Below, piece after piece: positions 36,526-45,327 of a stretch of DNA of 64,000 nt. The first letter of the stretch is position 1. Each line of letters begins with the position of its first letter. The stretch spans positions 554 through 64,553 of the forward strand of contig JBAQRB010000024.1 of assembly GCA_049295655.1 (NCBI GenBank), in the 5' to 3' direction. Origin of the DNA: Rhodocyclaceae bacterium (GTDB lineage Bacteria; Pseudomonadota; Gammaproteobacteria; Burkholderiales; Rhodocyclaceae). Position numbers and translations under genes: made by a program. Under the pieces are notes generated by a model. The model was given only the letters and a program-made list of their open reading frames with translations, was not told the DNA's origin and searched no databases.

Positions 36526-37839
36526 TCACTTCCGCTCTGGGCGAACATAAATCGTCAGACGGACGCCCTCGCTCGCCTCGAAATCCTGAATCTGGCGGAT
36601 CAGGTTGGCGTCGAGCATGTAGTCTGCGGCGAGCAGCAGGACGCCGCTCCGGCTGACCAGATCGCGCGCCATCGCCATGCCCGGCTTCAACTCGGCCGCC
36701 ATCAGCGCAATCTCGTTACGGTGTTCCTGCTCGACGCTGCCGGTGATCTGCAGAAAGGCATCGACCACCTGCGGATCGTAGCGCTTGCCGCGCCCATCGA
36801 CGATCAGCTTCTTCGCGTCTTCCGGATTGAGGCGGCGCGCGGCGACGATGCCGATCTGCAAGCCGTCGAAATCATTCACCAGCGCCAGAATGCGCGCGCC
36901 GATCGGGATCGCCAGCCCGGCCACGCCGTCCGGATACCCTTGCCCGTCGAAACGCTCGTGGTGCGAGCGGATCAGTTTGGCGACGCCGCGCAGTTCGGCC
37001 AGCGCCATCAGCGATTGCTCGCCCTTGACCGGATGCTTGCGATACAGCCCGAGGTCTTCGCCACTCATCTGCGTCACCGCTCTGCTCAGCAACGCGTCGG
37101 GCAAGCCGATCTTGCCGATGTCATGCAACAGACCGGCCACGAACACGTCCTGCGCATCGCGCGGGGAAAGTTCGAGCTTGTTGGCAATTTTGCGCGAAAG
37201 GTCAGCGACCCGACGCGAATGACCGGCGAGCGTGCTCTCGCGCAGGTCGATCAGATTGGCAAAGACCTTGATCGACGTCAGGAAGCTCGTCTTCAGCTTT
37301 TCGTTGGCAGCGGCCAGTTCGGCGGTACGCGCCTCGACTTTGCTCTCCAGGCTGGCGTTGAGCGCCTTGAGTTCCTCGTTCTGGCGCAGCGTCAGCGCTT
37401 CGAGACGCGTCTTCTCGCGCTCCAGCGCCTTGCGTTCGAGCGCATGGCGGACGATCAGCAACATATCGTTGTCGTCCCACGGCTTCGATATATAGCGAAA
37501 GATCTGGCCCTTGTTGATCGCATCGACGGTCGAGGCGATATCGGCATAGCCGGTGAGCAGGATGCGGACCGTCTCCGGCCAGCGTGCACGCACCTGCTCG
37601 AGAAAGCGTGCGCCATCCATCTCGGGCATGCGCATGTCCGAGATGACCAGGTCGAAATGTTCGTTCTCCAGCGCCTGCAGGCCCTCGGCACCGCTATTGG
37701 CGACCACCACCTGATAGGCGCTCTGGCGGAACAGCCGGCGCAGCGACGAAAGGATATTCGGTTCGTCGTCAACGCACAGCAAGCGCCAAGGTGCCGTTGT
37801 CTCATTCCCGGCTTCCCCGGGGTTTGTCGTTTCGCTCAT
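36526..37839 (-). CDS. response regulator with HD-GYP output domain
   Basis: REC (LLCVDDEPNILSSL..VISDMRMPEMDG..YISKPWDDNDM), a coiled coil, then HD-GYP (LLHDIGKIGLP..HHERFDGQGYP). ATG 37839 overlaps the upstream kinase stop (ATGA). The first 126 codons of the ORF-track entry are rejected. Confidence 0.9.
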   Translation of the reverse strand: MSETTNPGEAGNETTAPWRLLCVDDEPNILSSLRRLFRQSAYQVVVANSGAEGLQALENEHFDLVISDMRMPEMDGARFLEQVRARWPETVRILLTGYADIASTVDAINKGQIFRYISKPWDDNDMLLIVRHALERKALEREKTRLEALTLRQNEELKALNASLESKVEARTAELAAANEKLKTSFLTSIKVFANLIDLRESTLAGHSRRVADLSRKIANKLELSPRDAQDVFVAGLLHDIGKIGLPDALLSRAVTQMSGEDLGLYRKHPVKGEQSLMALAELRGVAKLIRSHHERFDGQGYPDGVAGLAIPIGARILALVNDFDGLQIGIVAARRLNPEDAKKLIVDGRGKRYDPQVVDAFLQITGSVEQEHRNEIALMAAELKPGMAMARDLVSRSGVLLLAADYMLDANLIRQIQDFEASEGVRLTIYVRPERK

Positions 37840-39686
37840 AGTGACCAGTCGGGCTCGGGCGTCGATCCGTTCGTCGGTTCGGTGTGTTTGATCGGTAGCG
37901 TAATGCGGAAGGTCGTTCCCTTGCCGACCTCGCTCTTCACCGTCAGATGTCCGTTGTGATTCTGGATAATGCCGTAGGACAAGGACAGGCCAAGCCCCGT
38001 CCCCTTGCCGACCGGCTTGGTGGTAAAGAACGGATCGAATATTTTCGGCAGGACATCGGCGGGAATACCGCTGCCGGTATCGGCGATTTCGATCCACACG
38101 TTGGCGCCGGTACACCCGCTGCGGATGGTTATCTTGCCGCGCACATTGTCGCTCATGGCGTGCGCGGCGTTGACACAGAGATTCATGATCACCTGGTTGA
38201 TCTGCGACGGCAGGCACTCGACGTCGGGCAGGTCGCCGTACTCCTTGAGCACATCGGCCTTGTACTTGATCTCGTTGGCGACGATGTTGAGCGTCGAGTC
38301 GATGCCATGATGCAGATTCGCCAACTGGTACTGATCGGTACTGTCGACGTGCGAGAAGTCTTTCAGGTCCTGGACGATTTTCTTGACCCGGCTGATCCCT
38401 TCCTTCGATTCCTTCATCAACAGCGGGATATCCTCGCGCAGAAATCCGATGTCGAACGCCTTGTGCAGGGCTTTCACCGTCTCCGACGCTTCGTCCGCCT
38501 CGTAGGCGGCGAGCAGGGTAAAGACGTCATCGAGATATTTTTCCAGCGCACAGATATTCGAATGCACGTAACCGATCGGGTTGTTGATCTCATGCGCGAC
38601 GCCGGCTGCCAGCTGGCCGATCGACGCCAGCTTCTCCGCCTGCACGAGCTGCTGCTTGGCTTCCGAGAGCCGGGTATTGAGTTCGCTGACCTCGGTGTAG
38701 CGTTTGCGCAGCTCCTGCTCGGTCGCTTCGCGGCGCTCGATATCTTCGGCCAGCATTTTGTTGCTCGCTGCCAGCTGCTGCGTCCGGCGTTCGACGAGTT
38801 CCTCGAGCCCGGCTTGCGCCTTGCGTAATTTCTCTTCGGCCAGCCGGCGCTCGGTGACATCCTGCAAGGTTTCAATGGCACCGATGATGCGGCCCTCGGC
38901 GTCGCGCAGGGGCGCTGCGGTAAAGAACAGCCAGCGACCGCCAGTGCCGAAATGCGGAAAAAAATCCTCGGCTTCGTACGCCCCGGTCGCCACCGTCGAG
39001 CGCTTGAACTTGCTGTGATAAAGGCTGCCGAACTCCGCTTCGATGACGCCATCAACCACCAGGTCGGCCATTACCGGACGCTCGGCGGGGTAGAAGGGCT
39101 GCCATTGCCGGCGGGTTCCCAGCAGGTCGATTGCCGGCACGCCGGTAATTTCCGCGCAGGCCTTGTTCCAGTGCGTAATCTGGTGCCGTTCATTGATGAC
39201 CAGGGTCGGTACCGGGTTGCCATCGATGATTTGCCCGAGCACCTGCTGCATGTGGCGCTGCACGGCATCGGCACGTTTGCGCTCGGTCATGTCGGTTAGC
39301 GAGGCGACGACCGTCGGCATTCCATCCAGATCCAGCAAGGCCAGGTTGGCCTCGACCCAATGTTCCAGACCATCCTTCGCCGCAAGCCGAAATTCGTAGC
39401 GTGGCACCACCGCCTCGCCGCGCAGGCGCGCCATGCCGCGCTGCCGGATGAGGTCACGCGCGTCGGGATGGGCGATCTGATCGAAATCCATCGCCAGCAG
39501 TTCGTCGCGGCCAAAACCGGTCAGCACCTCGAGTGCCGTGTTGGCGTAGAGAATGTGGGCACCGCGGTGCAGCATGATCGCCGCCCCGATTGCCTCGATC
39601 AGATTGAGACAGGCCGGATCCGGACTTGCCGATTGCTCGGCGACAGACTTCGCTGCTGTTTGCGCTTGCTCCACACTCCCCCCCAT
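37836..39686 (-). CDS. multi-PAS cytoplasmic sensor histidine kinase
   Basis: Two to three PAS-like regions, H-box [23 protein letters not shown] and G-boxes [16 protein letters not shown]. Confidence 0.9.
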   Translation of the reverse strand: MGGSVEQAQTAAKSVAEQSASPDPACLNLIEAIGAAIMLHRGAHILYANTALEVLTGFGRDELLAMDFDQIAHPDARDLIRQRGMARLRGEAVVPRYEFRLAAKDGLEHWVEANLALLDLDGMPTVVASLTDMTERKRADAVQRHMQQVLGQIIDGNPVPTLVINERHQITHWNKACAEITGVPAIDLLGTRRQWQPFYPAERPVMADLVVDGVIEAEFGSLYHSKFKRSTVATGAYEAEDFFPHFGTGGRWLFFTAAPLRDAEGRIIGAIETLQDVTERRLAEEKLRKAQAGLEELVERRTQQLAASNKMLAEDIERREATEQELRKRYTEVSELNTRLSEAKQQLVQAEKLASIGQLAAGVAHEINNPIGYVHSNICALEKYLDDVFTLLAAYEADEASETVKALHKAFDIGFLREDIPLLMKESKEGISRVKKIVQDLKDFSHVDSTDQYQLANLHHGIDSTLNIVANEIKYKADVLKEYGDLPDVECLPSQINQVIMNLCVNAAHAMSDNVRGKITIRSGCTGANVWIEIADTGSGIPADVLPKIFDPFFTTKPVGKGTGLGLSLSYGIIQNHNGHLTVKSEVGKGTTFRITLPIKHTEPTNGSTPEPDWSL

Positions 39687-39692
39687 GTCCTG

Positions 39693-40577
39693 TCAGCCTA
39701 CCAGCATTTCGCAGCCCCCCGCGAACTGTGTTTCAACCTCGCTGAAAATTTCCTGATAGTCGTCCTCGCCAAGCGCCAAAGAGTCCCAAACGACACTCGA
39801 CAGCGGCGGAACGAAACAATACCCGTTTTTGGCAAATTCAAGGGCATGGGCAATCGCATCGGCGATGTGCACGATACCTGAGAGCGGCGTGTGCACGCCG
39901 GCCTCCAGCAGGTGATGTCGGCCAACGGCTTCCTGGATCAGGGGCGGAAAGTTCCAGTGCGCGGCCAGTACTTCTCCGATCATGGCATGATCGACACCGA
40001 GCACGTCGCGTTCCGCCTCCAGCAACAGGCAATCGCACTCGGCGCGATAGGCCAGCACTGCCGCGAGATGCGCAGGAAAGCACGAAGCCAGCACCAGACG
40101 GCCGACATCGTGCAGCAACGCGGCGGTGAAGGCGTTCTCCTCGCTTATCTGCGTCCGCCGGGCAAGCGCTTTCGCACACAGCGCCGTGCCCATGCAGTGT
40201 CGCCAGAAACCGTGAAAATCGAAACCCGGCACCGCGTTGTGGCTGGTAAAGCTGCCGGTGACCGCCGCCGCCATCGCCAGCGTACGCACGCTCCGCATGC
40301 CCAGAACGACGATCACGTCCTGGATCGAGGAAACCTTGCCCTGCAGGCCGTAAAACGACGAATTGGCGACGCGCAGCATCTTCGCCACGAGGGCCTGATC
40401 GGACGCAATCTTCTTGGCGAGCAGATGGGTGTCGACGTTGTCGTCGGAAAGGCTCTGGATCAACTCGAGAATCACCGCCGGCAGTGAAGGAAGCGTCCCG
40501 ATCTGGCCGACCACCTGCGCCAAATCGAGTTTCATGGCCGGCGCCGACAGCCCTTCTCGCGCATTGCGCAGCGTCAT
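39693..40577 (-). CDS. HDOD domain protein
   Basis: 294 aa with the typical HDOD N-terminus (LPSLPAVILELIQSL..D..LAKKIASDQALVAKMLRVANSSFYG) and a degenerate HD region (LLHDVGRLVL). Confidence 0.85.
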   Translation of the reverse strand: MTLRNAREGLSAPAMKLDLAQVVGQIGTLPSLPAVILELIQSLSDDNVDTHLLAKKIASDQALVAKMLRVANSSFYGLQGKVSSIQDVIVVLGMRSVRTLAMAAAVTGSFTSHNAVPGFDFHGFWRHCMGTALCAKALARRTQISEENAFTAALLHDVGRLVLASCFPAHLAAVLAYRAECDCLLLEAERDVLGVDHAMIGEVLAAHWNFPPLIQEAVGRHHLLEAGVHTPLSGIVHIADAIAHALEFAKNGYCFVPPLSSVVWDSLALGEDDYQEIFSEVETQFAGGCEMLVG

Positions 40578-40759
40578 TGCGGCAGCCTCCAGCGATACTC
40601 GATCACCATGTGCATCAGTTGCCGCACGGGTTCGCCGTCGCCGGCGAGACGAAAAATATCTCGCAAGCGCTGCTCGATCTTCGCCCGCCTTGCAGCTTCA
40701 TCCGCAGCATCGTCAGGCGTCGCGCCGTCGACTGGCAGTTCTCCGTGTCCATCGCTCAT
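40574..40759 (-). CDS. small hypothetical protein (61 aa)
   Basis: GAAGGAGG lies 4 nt upstream of ATG 40759. The stop overlaps the HDOD start (ATGA). Acidic N-terminus plus a predicted helix. No family recognised. Confidence 0.5.
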   Translation of the reverse strand: MSDGHGELPVDGATPDDAADEAARRAKIEQRLRDIFRLAGDGEPVRQLMHMVIEYRWRLPQ

Positions 40760-40769
40760 CGTGCCTCCT

Positions 40770-41603
40770 TCAATAGACAAACAGCATCAGCTTGCCATGG
40801 GACTGGGAATGTTCGCCCATCACGCGGCAAGTCACCCGCCAATCACGTCCATCATCCAGCCAAACGATCGTGCTGCCGTCACCGGCCGTCAGCAGTGCTT
40901 GCAGAGCGTCCGGCAAACGCTCTTTGGCAAAGCTGCCGACCAGCGGCTGACCTTTGGCGATCACGCGTTCGGCCTCGATATTGGCAAAAACGATCATTCC
41001 CTCGTCGTCAAAGCCGATGACCGGCAAAGGCACGCGCTGCAGGATTTCCTGCGCGACGTTGAGCGTCACATTGTCGATCGCCAGCTGCCTCTCGCGCTCG
41101 GCAAGCAAGACGCGCAACTGCTCGTTGACCACCGCCAGCCCCCAGTTGGCGCGTTGAATCTCCTCGTTCAAGCGCAAATTGTCATCGGCAAGTTCCTTGT
41201 GCCGAAAGGCCTCGGCGATATTGGCGCGCAGCTGTTCGTCATCCCACGGTTTGGTCAGGAATTTGTAGATCGCCCCCTCGTTGATCGCATCGGTGATCGA
41301 CTGCAACTCGGTATATCCCGACAGCACCATGCGCACGGTATCGGGATAAGACTCCTTGACGCGACGCAGAAACTCGACGCCCGTCATGTTCGGCATGCGC
41401 TGGTCGGAGAGGATGACGTCGACCCGATGCTGCTCCAGCAATTCAAGCCCTTGCGCGCCGCCGTTGGCAATCAGGATTTCATACCCCTCCCGGCGCAGCA
41501 GACGGCGCAGGGAGGTCAGGATGTTTTCCTCGTCATCGACGAGCAGCAAGGTGCGTTTGCGCACCACGTCGGTCGCAGATTCGGCGTTTGTCATGTCGCT
41601 CAT
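40770..41603 (-). CDS. response regulator (REC + coiled coil + PAS-like C-terminal domain)
   Basis: REC (LLLVDDEENILTSL..ILSDQRMPNMTG..FLTKPWDDEQL). ATG 41603 is chosen; the ORF track starts at 41735 in a low-quality region. Confidence 0.85.
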   Translation of the reverse strand: MSDMTNAESATDVVRKRTLLLVDDEENILTSLRRLLRREGYEILIANGGAQGLELLEQHRVDVILSDQRMPNMTGVEFLRRVKESYPDTVRMVLSGYTELQSITDAINEGAIYKFLTKPWDDEQLRANIAEAFRHKELADDNLRLNEEIQRANWGLAVVNEQLRVLLAERERQLAIDNVTLNVAQEILQRVPLPVIGFDDEGMIVFANIEAERVIAKGQPLVGSFAKERLPDALQALLTAGDGSTIVWLDDGRDWRVTCRVMGEHSQSHGKLMLFVY

Positions 41604-41987
41604 GTTTTCCCCGTTCGCACGATGTGCCAAAACACTATATACCCAAGCCGCCACCAGCGACAAACGAACCCGGAAACGATTTTCCCGCCCGCGCTTGCGA
41701 CGGACAGATTCGAGCCTGGAATGCGGCAGAACCATGACAGAAGTATAGGTCCTGCAGCAATACCTCGTCGGACATCATTTTCTTCGGAAAAAGGCAGATG
41801 AGGGCGTTCATCTTTTCGCCGGCACCGCCCAGCCAAGAGGCACGAGGACGGGCGATCGGAAAAGAGCGGGACGTCCGTTCATCAAGCATGGCGGCGGACG
41901 GCAACTGACCGCTGTCGACAAAATTTCCTTCCCGGTCTCCAAAGCGAACATATCGGGCCATGCACGCGGAGCGAAAGTTCGCGAAGC

Positions 41988-44249
41988 TTACCCCTCTCCC
42001 GCAGGCACGGCGAGCGATGCGCGTGCCGCTATTTCCTGAGCATAATGAATAAAGGCTTCGTGAATCTGTTCGCGCAGCTCGTCGTCGTCCCATGGCTTGG
42101 TCAGGAAACGGAAAATGGCGCCGTGATTGATCGCATTGGTCAGCGAAGCCAGATCGCTGTAGCCTGAGAGCACCATGCGCACGGTTCGTGGATAAAGCGC
42201 TTTGACGCGGCTGAGAAACTCGGTTCCGTTCATGTACGGCATGCGCTGGTCGGAAACGATCACCTGCACCTCGTTCAATGCCAGCAGTTCGAGTGCGGCA
42301 GCACCGGAAGTGGCGCACAGAATGCGGTAACCGCTGTGCCGCAGCAGACGTTTCAGTGTATTCAGGATATCTTCCTCGTCGTCGACGAGGAGCAGCGTGC
42401 GTAGCGCGGGGTCTGCCTCAGCGCTGCTCAGCGGCAGGTGCTCGGCGCGCTCGATGAAGTCGCGAAAGCCATCGGCCGGCAGCGGTTGCGAGAAGAAATA
42501 GCCCTGTAACTGTTCGCAATTCTGCTGGCGCAGATAGCGCATCTGGCTTTCGGTTTCGACGCCCTCGGCCACCACGTACAGCCCCAGGCTGTGCGCCATG
42601 GCGATGACGGCAATGGCGATCAATGCATCGTCGGGTTCGGTGGTGATGTTCTGTACGAAGGAGCGGTCGATCTTCAGGCAATCGAACGGAAAGCGCTTGA
42701 GGTAACCGAGGCTGGAATAGCCAGTGCCGAAATCGTCCATCGCCAGACTGACGCCAAGCGCCTTGAGTCGCCGCAGCACACTCTCCGCCGTATCGAGATT
42801 CTGCATGACCATCGACTCGGTCACTTCGATCTGTAGCCATTTCGGGGCAAGACCGGCATCACCCAGCGCCGATGCGACGATCTCGACGATATTTTCCTGC
42901 CGGCACTGGCGCGCCGAAAGGTTGACCGCAATGGTCAGCGCCTGCAAGCCCTCGCGTTGCCAACGCGCCGCTTGCAGGCAGGCTTCGCGCAATACCCATT
43001 CGCCGATCGGCAGGATGATTCCCGACTCTTCGGCGAGCGGAATGAAGTGGGCCGGCAGAACCAGACCTTTCGCCGGATGCTGCCAGCGAATCAGCGCCTC
43101 GGCGCCGCAGATCTCGCCGGAATACAGATCGGCCTTGGGCTGATAATAAAGCTTCAGTTCGCCGCGCTCCAGCGCACCACGCAAGCCGGCTTCAAGCTCG
43201 GCCTCCTCCTGGGCGCGCTCGTTCATCACCTGTGCGTAACAGTTGAAACCGTTGCGCCCGCCGGCCTTGACCTGATACATGGCAAGATCGGCCAGGCGCA
43301 GCAGCGACGGCGCATCGCTCGCGTCCTGCGGATAAAAGCTGATGCCAATGCTGGGCGTGACGAACAACTCGCGGCCATCGAGATCGAAAGGCTGCGCCAA
43401 CAAGGCGAGTAATTTTCGGGCGAGCATCGTCGCGTCTTCATGCCGGGCCAGCTCGCTCAACACGAGAACGAACTCGTCGCCGCCGATGCGGGCAACGGTA
43501 TCGCCTTCGCGAACGCTTCCCTCTAGGCGTGTCGCCACGGCCTTCAACAGGCTGTCGCCAAGGCTGTGGCCCAGGCTGTCATTCACCTGCTTGAAGCGAT
43601 CCAGATCGATCAACAGGACGGCGGCGATGCTCCCGTCGCGCGCACTGTGCGTGACGGCCTGCGTCAGCCGGTCGGCGAGCAGCGTGCGGTTGGCCAAACC
43701 GGTCAGCATATCGTGGGTGGCCAGATACGCTACCTGGCTATCCCGGAATACCTGCTCGCTGACGTCGTCAAGAATGCTGACATAATGACCGATCGCCCCC
43801 TGGGCGTCGGGCGCCGGCACGACGGAAAGCTGGTTCCAGAAGGACGAACCGTCCTTGCGGCAGCACTGCACCATGGCCTGCCCCGAGTCATGCGAGCGCA
43901 ATGCGTGCCGGATGACGTCAAGTGCCGGCTGGTCGAGCGCCTCGCCGAGCAGGAAATGCGCGCTGCGACCGATCGCCTCTTTTGCCGGATAACCGGTGAT
44001 GCGCTCAAAAGCCGGGTTAACGTAGATAATCGGGTGCTGCGGCGCCACGGCATCGGTCATCATGATGCCATTGGACGATGACTCGACGGCGCGTACAAAC
44101 AACTGTAAGCAACGCCATGCCGCCTCGCTGTGCGTGCCAGCCGCCGGCGCTCCCGACAGCGCGCGCAGCAGGGACGATGCATCGAAGCGCTGCCCGCCTT
44201 CGGGGCTATCGAGAAAATCCTTCAGTGCATCGGAGATCGGCATGGTCAT
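41988..44249 (-). CDS. PAS - GGDEF - EAL - REC multidomain c-di-GMP turnover protein
   Basis: PAS regions. An intact GGDEF (ARIGGDEFVLVL) is preceded by RxxD (REGD). Intact EAL (GAEALIRW, DDFGTGYSSL). C-terminal REC (LLLVDDEEDILNTL..IVSDQRMPYMNG..FLTKPWDDDEL). The start is uncertain (ATG 44249/44243 or TTG 44279). Confidence 0.9.
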   Translation of the reverse strand: MTMPISDALKDFLDSPEGGQRFDASSLLRALSGAPAAGTHSEAAWRCLQLFVRAVESSSNGIMMTDAVAPQHPIIYVNPAFERITGYPAKEAIGRSAHFLLGEALDQPALDVIRHALRSHDSGQAMVQCCRKDGSSFWNQLSVVPAPDAQGAIGHYVSILDDVSEQVFRDSQVAYLATHDMLTGLANRTLLADRLTQAVTHSARDGSIAAVLLIDLDRFKQVNDSLGHSLGDSLLKAVATRLEGSVREGDTVARIGGDEFVLVLSELARHEDATMLARKLLALLAQPFDLDGRELFVTPSIGISFYPQDASDAPSLLRLADLAMYQVKAGGRNGFNCYAQVMNERAQEEAELEAGLRGALERGELKLYYQPKADLYSGEICGAEALIRWQHPAKGLVLPAHFIPLAEESGIILPIGEWVLREACLQAARWQREGLQALTIAVNLSARQCRQENIVEIVASALGDAGLAPKWLQIEVTESMVMQNLDTAESVLRRLKALGVSLAMDDFGTGYSSLGYLKRFPFDCLKIDRSFVQNITTEPDDALIAIAVIAMAHSLGLYVVAEGVETESQMRYLRQQNCEQLQGYFFSQPLPADGFRDFIERAEHLPLSSAEADPALRTLLLVDDEEDILNTLKRLLRHSGYRILCATSGAAALELLALNEVQVIVSDQRMPYMNGTEFLSRVKALYPRTVRMVLSGYSDLASLTNAINHGAIFRFLTKPWDDDELREQIHEAFIHYAQEIAARASLAVPAGEG

Positions 44250-44353
44250 TGCGATGGGTCTATCAACTGAGGCAATCAATAGGTAGAAATATTCTCACTT
44301 ACCAAAGGGCAGTGTAAAGCAAATGCGCGACACGAAACGCGCAAGCGTCCGTC

Positions 44354-44842
44354 TCAAGCACCGATGCGCAGACCGGTCTTCTTGAGTATCTGCGTCGAGA
44401 ACAGCACGTCGTGCGCCCGGAAATCGGCGCCGAGCAGTTCGGCGATCTGAGCGACCTTGCTCAGCACCTCTTCACGCGAACTGCCGTGCACCATGGCGAA
44501 CAGGTTGTACGGCCACGCCGGCAGCTTGCGCGGCCGATGGTAGCAGTGCGTCACGAAATCCAGCGCGCCGATGCGCGCACCGAGCTCGTCGATGCGCTCG
44601 TCCGGCACGTCCCAGACACTCATGCCATTCGCCGTGTAGCCGATCGCGTAGTGATTGGGCACGGCACCGATGCGGCGGATGACGCCGCGTTCGAGCATGC
44701 TGGCAAGGCACGCCATGACCTCCTCGACCGGTGCGCCCAGCTGCTCGGCCAGTGCATGGTAGGGGCGCGGCACGAGCGGCAGACCGCCCTGTGTGGCGAC
44801 GACGAGACGGCGCTCCAGATCATCAACCGTAATGGTATTCAT
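44354..44842 (-). CDS. nirH: siroheme decarboxylase subunit NirH (Lrp/AsnC-like, heme d1 biosynthesis)
   Basis: 162 aa. An AsnC-like HTH is followed by a ..NLFAMVHG.. region typical of NirD/L/G/H. ATG 44842 overlaps the nirG stop (ATGA). The first 82 codons of the ORF-track entry are rejected. Confidence 0.8.
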   Translation of the reverse strand: MNTITVDDLERRLVVATQGGLPLVPRPYHALAEQLGAPVEEVMACLASMLERGVIRRIGAVPNHYAIGYTANGMSVWDVPDERIDELGARIGALDFVTHCYHRPRKLPAWPYNLFAMVHGSSREEVLSKVAQIAELLGADFRAHDVLFSTQILKKTGLRIGA

Positions 44843-45327
44843 GAACACACCGCCAGCTTCATTTCGACGAAGAACTCCTTGAGTTTGGGGAAAGGAAAGA
44901 CCGGCAGGCCGGTAGCGTCTTCGATCTTCTGCACGGCGCTGGCAATCCCTTCCGGCGTCTCGGTGGCCAAGACGAACCACATATTGAACTCGCACTGCCG
45001 GGCGCTCTCGCGGCGGTAGTTGTGCGCGACTTCCGGAAAGGCGTTCACCGCGGCCAGCACGCGATCCCAATCGGCGTCCGGCACGCACATGGCCGCCAGC
45101 ACGAAGGCGCCGCCCATGCGCTCGACCTGGAACATCGGGCCGAAGCGGGTCAGCACGCGGGTGTCGAGCATGCGCTGCAGGCGCGAGAGCAGCGCTTCTT
45201 CGCTGATGCCGAGCGCTACGGCGGCCTCGGCGTAGGGTCGCTCGCAGATCGGGAAATCGCCCTGCAGGCGATCGATGATCGCGCGGTCGATCTCGTCGAT
45301 CGCTTTGATGGTCGCGGTTTCACGCAT
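44839..45327 (-). CDS. nirG: siroheme decarboxylase subunit NirG
   Basis: ~162 aa NirD/L/G/H-family paralogue (IDRAIIDRLQGDFPICERPY..EVAHNYRRE..NMWFVLA). ATG 45327 is preferred to GTG 45336. Confidence 0.8.
   Translation of the reverse strand: MRETATIKAIDEIDRAIIDRLQGDFPICERPYAEAAVALGISEEALLSRLQRMLDTRVLTRFGPMFQVERMGGAFVLAAMCVPDADWDRVLAAVNAFPEVAHNYRRESARQCEFNMWFVLATETPEGIASAVQKIEDATGLPVFPFPKLKEFFVEMKLAVCS

Noticed and set aside
36526-38217. The ORF-track entry gives a 563-aa protein whose first 126 residues overlap the 3' end of the PAS kinase gene.
   Set aside because: The N-terminal part is Arg-rich nonsense in an alternative frame of the kinase. The REC domain begins right after ATG 37839, which forms an ATGA overlap with the kinase stop. 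The same reasoning trims 44354..45088 (nirH), 47556..48614 (tlpA), 48926..50104 (nosL), 35289..36026 (MglA-like), 40770..41735 (REC-PAS-like) and 60231..61568 (BNR).
41635-42318. 227-aa minus-strand ORF spanning the long gap after the GGDEF-EAL-REC gene.
   Set aside because: Its 5' two-thirds overlap the REC domain coding region in another frame. The remainder has mixed third-position composition and no recognisable motif. It is more likely non-coding leader or promoter DNA.
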